Origin: a plasmid
Sequence record: NZ_CP029448.1
Reading direction: 5' to 3' (one strand)
DNA: 64,000 nucleotides
Within the stretch, counting starts at the first letter, position 1. Every line of letters starts with the position of its first letter. The position numbers and the translations under genes are program-made. Below, piece by piece: positions 1-7,197 of the stretch. Below the pieces are notes generated by a model that was not told where the DNA came from, made no database searches, and worked only from the letters and a program-made list of their open reading frames with translations.

Positions 1-188
1 TCCAGTGGCTTCTGTTTCTATCAGCTGTCCCTCCCGTTCAGCTACTGACGGGGTTGTGCGTAACGGCAAAAGCACTGCCGGACATCAGCGCTATCTCTGC
101 TCTCACTGCCGTAAAACATGGCAACTGCAGTTCACTTACACCGCTTCTCAACCCGGTACGCACCAGAAAATCATTGATATGGCCATGA
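1..188 (+). mobile_element. IS1 fragment (about IS1 nt 51-238); left part lies off-window, right side truncated and fused to an IS110-family fragment
   Basis: Window begins with CCAGTGGCTTCTGTTTCTATCAGCTGTCCC, the canonical IS1 left-end sequence. Translation gives the InsA N-terminus, [62 protein letters not shown], then diverges. Confidence 0.85.
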
Positions 189-208
189 ACGAACCGTTAC
201 CGACTTAA
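5..208 (+). pseudogene. insA: IS1 insA, truncated (GTG start; first ~60 aa InsA-like, C-terminus replaced by junction sequence)
   Basis: ORF track 67 aa. The match to IS1 InsA ends after DMAMN, where the IS110-family frame begins. Confidence 0.8.
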
Positions 209-430
209 TCGTGGTGGAGATCGTGCTGCAAATAGTGCACTTCACATCATCGCCATCGGACGCTTACGAACTGACGCAAAAACAAAGGAATATGTCGCCA
301 GGCGTGTAGCCGAAGGACATACAAAAATGGACGCGATACGCTGTCTAAAGCGATATATCTCCCGCGAAGTTTACACGTTACTGCGCAATCAAAACAGGCG
401 GATCAACAGTATCCCGATAACAGCTTGACT
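189..430 (+). pseudogene. IS110-family transposase, C-terminal fragment only
   Basis: Frame translation ...[76 protein letters not shown]. This is the conserved C-terminal block of IS110-family transposases (stop at 426-428); no N-terminal part is present. Confidence 0.65.
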
Positions 431-773
<343 letters not shown>

Positions 774-774
774 C

Positions 775-1950
775 ATGATGGAGAGCATTAATAATCAAGT
801 GCAGTCGGTACGCCAGTTGCTGGCCATTCCCCAACTGGCCATCCCAAGCTATCAGCGACCTTACCGCTGGGGCTCCAAGAATATCTCGGATCTCTTTACC
901 GATTTGGCAACCCATCAGGACAAGAGCGCCTACCGGCTGGGCTCGGTGGTGTTTCATCAGCACACCGATAGTGAGCAGGGCGAGATGCTTGATATCGTCG
1001 ATGGTCAGCAACGCACCCTGACCCTGATGTTGACCGTCAAGGCGCTGATCGAGGTGCTGGATAACGAAAATCGCAGTGGCAAAGAGAAGAGTATCCGGTT
1101 TCAACGTCAGGATCTGCGTGAGCAATTGCAGGTCTTGCGTGGACCTATCGATGCGTTTATGCAGCGCCAGCGCTTCCCCAGCCGGGATTCGGAGTTCAAC
1201 CTCAGACGCAACTATCTGGAGTTGCGTCGGCTGGTGGCCCGCCCTGAGTTTGACGAGCAGCAAATTGACTTTCTGCTCAACCGCTGTCAGGTGGTCTGCT
1301 TTGTGCTGCAGGATATCTCGGAGGCGTTCCAGTTCTTCGATTCGCAAAATGCCCGGGGGCGCGATCTGGCTCCTCACGATCTGCTCAAGGCATTTCACCT
1401 GCGCGAGTTTGCCGGTCATGAGGCCAATCTCAAGGCCGAGGCGGTCGCCCATTGGGAGCGCCTGCCAAGCGACGAGCTGGCCAATCTGTTCGCCCTCTAT
1501 CTCTATCGGGTACGCCAGTGGGCCGAGGGCAAGTCGGCCCGCTACTTTGGCAAGGGGGAGGTGGATCTCTTCAAGGGGGTCAACCTAGATCGGGTAGGGC
1601 ATTATCCTTACGTGGAGTCGCTGCGCATCGCCCACCACTTTGTCGATGAGTACAACAGCCAGTACCAGCGCAAGATTGACGGCCAGTACATGACGTTTCC
1701 CTTTCATCTCGACCAGATGATCATCAATGGTCGGCGCTTTTTCGAGATGGCCGAGTACTACCAGACGCGGGTGGCCGCCATCGTGGCCGAGGAGTCTGAT
1801 TCCGGCAAGGCGCAATCTGCCACCCTGCTCGGCGAAACGCTGACACCGATGGCCAGCAAGGTGCTATCGACCCTGGGCAGTTACGAGCGACGCCACCGCA
1901 CCGGGGATCGTTATGTGCGGGCCATGTTCGACTGCGCCCTGATCTTCTAG
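775..1950 (+). CDS. DUF262 (ParB/Srx-like nuclease fold) family protein, stand-alone, 391 aa
   Basis: N-terminal IPSYQRPYRWG and DGQQR motifs, and downstream FDSQNARGRDLAPHDLLKAF (N..G..L...DLLK), are the two hallmark DUF262 motifs. RBS AGGAGG at 762-767 lies in the IS3-fragment end. Stop TAG at 1948-1950 overlaps the first G of the miniature element's left inverted repeat. Confidence 0.7.
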   Translation: MMESINNQVQSVRQLLAIPQLAIPSYQRPYRWGSKNISDLFTDLATHQDKSAYRLGSVVFHQHTDSEQGEMLDIVDGQQRTLTLMLTVKALIEVLDNENRSGKEKSIRFQRQDLREQLQVLRGPIDAFMQRQRFPSRDSEFNLRRNYLELRRLVARPEFDEQQIDFLLNRCQVVCFVLQDISEAFQFFDSQNARGRDLAPHDLLKAFHLREFAGHEANLKAEAVAHWERLPSDELANLFALYLYRVRQWAEGKSARYFGKGEVDLFKGVNLDRVGHYPYVESLRIAHHFVDEYNSQYQRKIDGQYMTFPFHLDQMIINGRRFFEMAEYYQTRVAAIVAEESDSGKAQSATLLGETLTPMASKVLSTLGSYERRHRTGDRYVRAMFDCALIF

Positions 1951-2235
1951 GGGTCCGCTTGGAAAACGGAAATTTTCCTACGTTAAGCGTTTTGAGCTTA
2001 ACGAGTGATTTCGTTCCATTGAGCGCGAACCCCTGACCGTAAGGGATGTACGGAACGATCTGACTGTCCGTTAACAGTTTTGCTTACTTTCGTACATGTT
2101 ATTGGCATGGTGTACGCAATCGTTCGGTTTCGGACACAGAAACGCTGTAGCCCCGCGAACCGAGTGATATCCAATAGCCGATTGGTTAAAAAGTAGTCTT
2201 AGCGTAGGTTATTTTCCCTTTTCCAAGCGGACCCC
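1950..2235. mobile_element. 286-bp Tn3-family-derived miniature inverted-repeat element (TIME-like), no ORF
   Basis: Left end GGGGTCCGCTTGGAAAACGGAAATTTTCCTACGTTAAG (1950-1987). Right end 2198-2235 reverse-complements to GGGGTCCGCTTGGAAAAGGGAAAATAACCTACGCTAAG. Both have the Tn3-family 38-bp IR architecture (GGGG...ACG(T/C)TAAG). The interior is non-coding and no flanking 5-bp duplication is seen. Confidence 0.65.
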
Positions 2236-2518
2236 ACTTACGTCCATGCTAAAGCGCCTGAACCACCCGTCGCTCGTATCTTACCTCTTAAGTCTTGCCC
2301 CTGAAGGTACTCACTTTTAGTTCAGGATGGGCTACTCTCCATCTCTCTTACAAGAGGACATGGGCATCTCATTTAGTTGAAATTTGTACGCCAATACAAA
2401 TGACAATCTTAGAAAGGATCTCTTGCAAATTGAAAGTAAGTTATTGATTTGCAGGATCTGAGAGTTCTGTAGTATCCTCCGTTCCGAAGACATTTCTGAG
2501 GTGTCAGGAGAGCGATAA

Positions 2519-2797
2519 ATGTCACGTCCAGCAGATAAAACAACTTCCTCTGCGAATGCAAAACGTGCATACCGGAAAGGTAAGCCAATGTCTGCCAGTG
2601 AGAGACAGCTTGCCGCGATTGCGCGGAAACGCGAAACGCATAAAGAAGTTAAGGTTTTTGTTAAAAACCCACTAAAGGACGTGATGATAGCGGTTTGTGA
2701 AGAAGAAGGTCTGACACAAGCCCAGTTTATCGAGAGGCTCCTTGAGCGAGAGCTTACAGAACGCGGTCTTTTAGATGTAAAGACTTCACATTCTTGA
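2519..2797 (+). CDS. repA2: IncFII replication regulator CopB/RepA2
   Basis: 92 aa, MSRPADKTTSSANAKRAYRKGKPMSASERQLAAIARKRETHKEVKVFVKNPLKD... This is the CopB-type repressor in its usual position upstream of copA/tap/repA1. Confidence 0.85.
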   Translation: MSRPADKTTSSANAKRAYRKGKPMSASERQLAAIARKRETHKEVKVFVKNPLKDVMIAVCEEEGLTQAQFIERLLERELTERGLLDVKTSHS

Positions 2798-2904
2798 TCA
2801 TGTTTATATTGAGTGCTAGATTGTTGATGGTCTGAATAATTTTGGGTGTGCCACGCCGTAAGGTGGCAGGGAACTGGTTCTGATGAGGTATCTACCCGGG
2901 ACCA

Positions 2905-2995
2905 GAAAGCAAAAACCCCGATAATCTTCTTCAATCTTGGCGGAAGGAAAAGATTAACGGGGCCTTCATAAACTGCATAGAACGTGTTGCTCTAT
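2905..2995 (-). ncRNA. copA: CopA-type antisense RNA region (copy-number control), approximate bounds
   Basis: Lies between repA2 and tap. Long imperfect stem-loop at 2916-2962 (CCCCGATAATCTT...AAGATTAACGGGG) followed on the minus strand by a U-tract (plus strand GCAAAAA 2909-2915). This is typical of the CopA/CopT loop II terminator of IncFII replicons. Ends are inferred, not mapped. Confidence 0.4.
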
Positions 2996-3012
2996 GCAGG
3001 GAGTATATGTAC

Positions 3013-3090
3013 ATGCTCAGAAAACTTCAAGCTCAGTTTCTGTGTCATTCGCTCCTTCTGTGCAACATAAGCGCAGGAAGCGGTGACTGA
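3013..3090 (+). CDS. tap: repA1 leader peptide Tap (25 aa; translational coupling)
   Basis: ATG 3013 ... TGA 3088-3090 encodes [25 protein letters not shown]. It overlaps the repA1 GTG start, as in R100/R1. Confidence 0.7.
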   Translation: MLRKLQAQFLCHSLLLCNISAGSGD

Positions 3091-3940
3091 TCTCCTTCAA
3101 AATCACTATTCACAGGTTAAAAACCCGAATCCGGTATTCACGCCGCGTGAAGGGAAAAAGACCCTGCCGTTCTGCCGTAAGCTGATGGCGAAAGCCGAAG
3201 GCTTCACGTCCCGTTTTGATTTTTCCATCCATGTGGCGTTTTTGCGTTCGCTGGGTAAGCGTCACCGGATGCCACCACTGTTGCGCCGGCGTGCAATTGA
3301 CGCTCTTCTGCAGGCAATGTGTTTCCACTACGATCCGCTGGCCAATCGCGTGCAGCGCTCGATTACCAATATGGCCATCGAATGTGGACTGGCCACCGAG
3401 TCCAGGAGCGGCAACCTGTCGATCACCCGAGCCACCCGGGCGCTGAAGTTCCTGGCCGAGCTGGGGCTGATCACCTATCAGACGGAATATGACCCACAGA
3501 TCGGCTGTAATATCCCGACCGATATCACCTTCACCCCGGCTCTGTTTTCCGCGCTTGACGTTTCAGAAATGGCTGTGGTGGCCGCGCGCCGCAGCCGTGT
3601 GGAATGGGAAAACCTGCAGCGCAAAAAACAGCAACTGAAACCGCTGGAGATGGACGAACTGATCGCAAAAGCGTGGCGGTTTGTGCGTGAGCGTTTTCGC
3701 AGCTACCAGGCTGAACGAAAATCTCACGGCCGGAAGCGGGATACTGCACGGCGGGATGCATCACGGCAGCGTCATGACATCGAGACGCGCGTGCGTCAGC
3801 AACTGACCCGCGAATACGCCACCGGCCGCTTCAGGGGCGATAAAGAAGCGCTGAAGCGTGAGGTTGAGCGCCGTGTGCAGGAGCGCATGCTGCTGTCGCG
3901 CGGAAACAACTACACGCGGCTGGCCACTGCCCCCCTATAA
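3083..3940 (+). CDS. repA1: IncFII RepA1 replication initiator (GTG start)
   Basis: 285 aa, [93 protein letters not shown]... This matches the characteristic RepFIIA RepA1 sequence. Confidence 0.9.
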   Translation: MTDLLQNHYSQVKNPNPVFTPREGKKTLPFCRKLMAKAEGFTSRFDFSIHVAFLRSLGKRHRMPPLLRRRAIDALLQAMCFHYDPLANRVQRSITNMAIECGLATESRSGNLSITRATRALKFLAELGLITYQTEYDPQIGCNIPTDITFTPALFSALDVSEMAVVAARRSRVEWENLQRKKQQLKPLEMDELIAKAWRFVRERFRSYQAERKSHGRKRDTARRDASRQRHDIETRVRQQLTREYATGRFRGDKEALKREVERRVQERMLLSRGNNYTRLATAPL

Positions 3941-4245
3941 CATTCCTTCTTTAAAAAATCCGGCCGGCGCCGGAGGCTTTCGCACGCCTGTTGGCCGGCT
4001 ACTACGTATTATCTTATCTTCAGGCCTGCATTCCTCACCATAATTCCGGTCTTCCTGGCGTCAACGTGGCCTTAAATGTTATCGCCGGCGTCACTTCTGA
4101 CGGCCGATTTCTGTTATCCACATATAACTGCAAGGGAGTATTTCATTAGGCTACAACCGTGATACGCACAAAGCACATGCCGTCGGACTTTCAAGGCGCG
4201 TGGTTCCTTTTAAACACCAGCTCTGTACCTCTTTTAAAGATCCTT
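3941..4245. other. oriR-like origin region of the IncFII replicon
   Basis: Immediately downstream of repA1. Contains a perfect DnaA box TTATCCACA at 4117-4125 and AT-rich stretches. Confidence 0.6.
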
Positions 4246-4439
4246 TAATAAATCCTGTAAACACATAACCTGTTCATCGCCTGCCCTGTGGACAGGCTGC
4301 GGAGAATGCCCGCCCTTGCAGCGACCTGACGGTCGCGCCGGTTCGGCAACACCAGAGAGAGCTCCCATCGCTTCGCGACGGGCCCCGACCGGAGAACCAA
4401 ATTAGTTACAGCATTCATAAGGAAGTTCATCATAAAACC

Positions 4440-5040
4440 GGCGCCGGTTTGCCAGCCAGGAGCCCCTCCCCACCACTGAAAAGCGCCGCCGCCCCCGGCC
4501 GAAGGCCGGGGAACACCATCGCTTTTAATGATGGGTGTTGTAACTACTCTTCTTCATCGCTGTAGGTGGAGCTGTGGTCAGTTGTTTAGTACACGCTCGT
4601 AAGCGGTCCTGCGGCCCGCTAACGCGGAGATACGCCCCGACTGCGGCTGTCGCCTTGTCGGGACCACTCCGACCGCGTACAGAGGCGTCTGTGATGTTTT
4701 AAGCGGGTATGGCTTATCAGGGCGGGGGAAGGGATTGGCAGAACCTGTCAAAACAGCAGCCGGCTGCGCCGGGTAACGGCGCCATTTACCCGCGGTACTC
4801 CATTCAACTTCAGCTGGCGCCTCCATGCCGCTGACGCGGCATCCGGAAGTTTCCCATGCTGTAGACTTTAACGTCTGCTTTGTGACAGGAGCGGACACAA
4901 CATGGCTGCGTTCCTTGCATCCCGTCCGCAAACCTACGACGCCTACAGTGGAGTAAGGTGCCATCCCGTTTCCCACACTTGCACCTTACGTCAAGGTCCC
5001 GCCCCGGGGTATTTCCCCTACAATACAATCCCCTCTATTT
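4440..5040. other. GC-rich non-coding segment with extensive dyad symmetry (possible structured RNA or element remnant); contains a 29-bp motif repeated at 23595
   Basis: No credible ORF. The only long frame (minus-strand, 132 aa) lacks an RBS and has odd composition. Many local hairpins are present, e.g. GAGCGGAC...GTCCGC at 4889-4929. Confidence 0.3.
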
Positions 5041-5093
5041 TAATCCCTCTTCGTAATTTGAATATCTCTCTATAAATTCAATTTTTTCATAAT

Positions 5094-5160
5094 GCTATGA
5101 TGGTGATATCAAATTGATATCTTCACCCACTTGAAGTGTTGATATCAAATTGATATATTA
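5094..5160. promoter_or_regulatory. Two copies of a near-palindromic 17-bp repeat GATATCAAATTGATATC (candidate operator / centromere-like sites) upstream of the TA pair
   Basis: GGTGATATCAAATTGATATCTTCAC at about 5096-5120 and GTTGATATCAAATTGATATATTAAC at about 5136-5160, in an AT-rich promoter region. Confidence 0.5.
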
Positions 5161-5307
5161 ACCCTGCTTCATTTCGAAGAACGTTGAGAAACGACATAAA
5201 CAAACCGGAGAAAATCTATGGAAAACAATCTAATTGCCAAATCAGGGCACATATAAGCCCGTCTTCACTAAGAGAGGTAAATCACTGCAACAACCGAGGT
5301 AAAAAAT

Positions 5308-5592
5308 ATGACAGTCCACGTCGTTAAAAAAACCGGCGATTTCGTTCTTCGCTTACGCGAGAAAGATACGCCGAACGCCATCAGCGGAATCACGCTGGAC
5401 GCGCTGATGACGGTAACAGGGATGACTAAAACTGAGTTGGCCCACTTGGCTCTTCGTAAGCTGGCTGATGCCTATCTGCCGCATTACGAAAAAGATGATG
5501 GTCCACTCACCACTGCTCAAATCCAGGCTATTCGTGAAGCCTCAACGGCAAGCGGTAAATCGGAGGAGCGATTTAATAAAACTCTTTTATAA
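5308..5592 (+). CDS. Putative antitoxin-like small protein (94 aa), family not recognised
   Basis: Lies immediately upstream of the PemK/MazF-like ORF with a 9-bp gap and has an RBS. MTVHVVKKTGDFVLRLREKDTPNAISGITLDALMTV... Confidence 0.4.
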   Translation: MTVHVVKKTGDFVLRLREKDTPNAISGITLDALMTVTGMTKTELAHLALRKLADAYLPHYEKDDGPLTTAQIQAIREASTASGKSEERFNKTLL

Positions 5593-5601
5593 GGAGAGAA
5601 G

Positions 5602-6030
5602 ATGGCAACTACCACTAAACCTTTTCCACAACTGCCTGAGCCAGGTGATTTTGTATGGTGTCGCTTTCCACGCCTGCCAGGATTCCCTGATACACCAGGG
5701 CCAAAGCTCCGTCCGGCATTAGTCATCGCGGTGTCGGATGCAGACCACGAAGTGATGGTTGTCTATGGGACGAGCCAGAAGACCGATAAAATCTATCCGA
5801 CTGAGTTTTTACTCAAAAAGACAGATGCCGGTTTCGCTGTATCTGGACTGGCTCATGATACGAAGTTCGATATGGCAGTTCGCATTGAGCTTCCCTACGA
5901 TAGTGACTGGTTTGATCTTGCTCCTATTAAAAATGGGGTGGCTACGATGTCGCCGGTAATGGGTACACTGCACACAACTTACATGGCTGCTGTGAAGCAG
6001 GCCAATGCAAAAGTGAGTCAAGCTGCATAG
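5602..6030 (+). CDS. PemK/MazF-fold toxin-like protein (142 aa)
   Basis: N-terminal GDFVWCRFP...KLRPALVIAVS resembles the MazF/PemK motif GDhhWVDF...RPAhVhS. RBS GGAGAG precedes the ATG. Confidence 0.5.
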   Translation: MATTTKPFPQLPEPGDFVWCRFPRLPGFPDTPGPKLRPALVIAVSDADHEVMVVYGTSQKTDKIYPTEFLLKKTDAGFAVSGLAHDTKFDMAVRIELPYDSDWFDLAPIKNGVATMSPVMGTLHTTYMAAVKQANAKVSQAA

Positions 6031-6049
6031 TTGCACTCAGCAACCTGTT

Positions 6050-6080
6050 AAAAAAATCCCCGCTGCTGGCGGGTTTTTTG
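6050..6080 (+). terminator. Rho-independent terminator after the toxin gene
   Basis: AAAAAAATCCCCGCTGCTGGCGGGTTTTTTGCC: GC stem CCCGC/GCGGG plus T-run. Confidence 0.6.
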
Positions 6081-6303
6081 CCTTCTATCGGATTACATTC
6101 GGATACTGAAGTCACTATTCCAGGAGTGCCTGAAGATCAGTTTGTGTCTCAGGCTCTCTGCTCTGCCTTACCTGTCGCGTATAACTCATCTCCCCGGGAA
6201 GACTGGGCTCCTTTTGCATCGCTGGTTCTGGAAGCCAGTTACGAAGCAACGTTGCTGGCAGGTGTTCTGAACTACCGGCGTACAGGCAATCCGAGAGTAT
6301 ATG
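6078..6303 (+). pseudogene. ORF fragment cut off by the mercury-transposon IR (unknown product)
   Basis: Frame MPSIGLHSDTEVTIPGVPEDQFVSQALCSALPVAYNSSPREDWAPFASLVLEASYEATLLAGVLNYRRTGNPRVYGG runs straight into the 38-bp IR at 6304. Confidence 0.25.
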
Positions 6304-6464
6304 GGGGTCGTCTCAGAATTCGGAAAATAAAGCACGCTAAGGCGTAGTCACCCCGTGACTCCCCCGCGCCGATGCAGCGAGCTTCGTTCCGTCTTGCAGT
6401 GACGCAATCAGCGGGCAGGAAACGTTCCCTTTCCGCGCATGGCAGGCGCACACCAGTTCAGACA
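6304..6464 (+). mobile_element. Remnant of a Tn21-subgroup transposon: 38-bp IRmer plus the 3' end of merR, truncated by the Tn5403-like element
   Basis: GGGGTCGTCTCAGAATTCGGAAAATAAAGCACGCTAAG (6304-6341) followed by 123 bp. The whole segment is identical to 14288-14448. Confidence 0.85.
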
Positions 6465-6497
6465 GGGGTCGGTTCCGGCTGAGGGCGAAATGACACC

Positions 6498-7103
6498 CTA
6501 AGCGTTAGCTCTGTGTCGTTGCACGATGTCAGCGACGGTATTCTTGCTGATACCGAGCTCGCGTGCGATCCAGCGATAGCTGCGTCCCTCGGCCCTCATC
6601 GCAACCACCTTAGGCAAAAGTCGGTCTGATTTTGGTCGCACTCCGGCCTGACGACCAAGCCTCTTACCACGTGCCTTCGCAACAGCAAGGCCTGACTTGA
6701 CCCGCTCGCTGATGAGATCCCGCTCAAACTCCGCAATGCCGGAAAGAAACGTCGCCAGCATTCGTCCATACGGCGACGAAAGATCGAACGCCATTCCATT
6801 CATGGCTATCACGGAAACCTTCCAGTTCTCCAGTTCACGTAGCGTATTGAGCAGATCGAGCGTCGAGCGCCCCCACCGGGAAAGCTCAGTGACCAGGATT
6901 GCATCAATTTGTCTGGACTGGGCAAGCGCCAGGACTTTCTTTCGCTCGGCCCGGTCGAGTTTAGTTCCTGAACCTGTTTCCTTAAATATTCCCACCACGT
7001 CGTAGCCGGCACGGCCGGCGAAGGCTCGCAGATCAAATTCCTGGCGTTCACAAGACTGATCCGCTGTTGAAACCCGGCAGTAAATGGCGGCACGATGTCC
7101 CAA
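6498..7103 (-). CDS. tnpR: Serine recombinase/resolvase TnpR
   Basis: 201 aa, [16 protein letters not shown]... Has the catalytic Ser motif, a C-terminal HTH, and sits divergent from tnpA. Confidence 0.85.
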   Translation of the reverse strand: MGHRAAIYCRVSTADQSCERQEFDLRAFAGRAGYDVVGIFKETGSGTKLDRAERKKVLALAQSRQIDAILVTELSRWGRSTLDLLNTLRELENWKVSVIAMNGMAFDLSSPYGRMLATFLSGIAEFERDLISERVKSGLAVAKARGKRLGRQAGVRPKSDRLLPKVVAMRAEGRSYRWIARELGISKNTVADIVQRHRANA

Positions 7104-7197
7104 TTGAACCCTCCTGGATTTTTGTATCGGAACGCCCTGATTTATATGGGCTGGCTGTTGTCCAAAACAGACTATACTTCAAAAGGGACGAATTTGT
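7104..7197. promoter_or_regulatory. res / divergent promoter region between tnpR and tnpA
   Basis: 94-bp intergenic region between divergent tnpR and tnpA. Position only. Confidence 0.4.

Noticed and set aside
4578-4976. 132-aa minus-strand ORF in the GC-rich segment downstream of oriR
   Set aside because: No RBS, Gly/Arg/Pro/Ala-rich. The region is better explained as a structured non-coding segment.
4440-5040. Group II intron or retron interpretation of the GC-rich hairpin-dense segment
   Set aside because: No reverse-transcriptase gene nearby. I could not find a domain-V-like 34-nt hairpin with the conserved AGC/GNRA features or the msr/msd inverted-repeat organisation.
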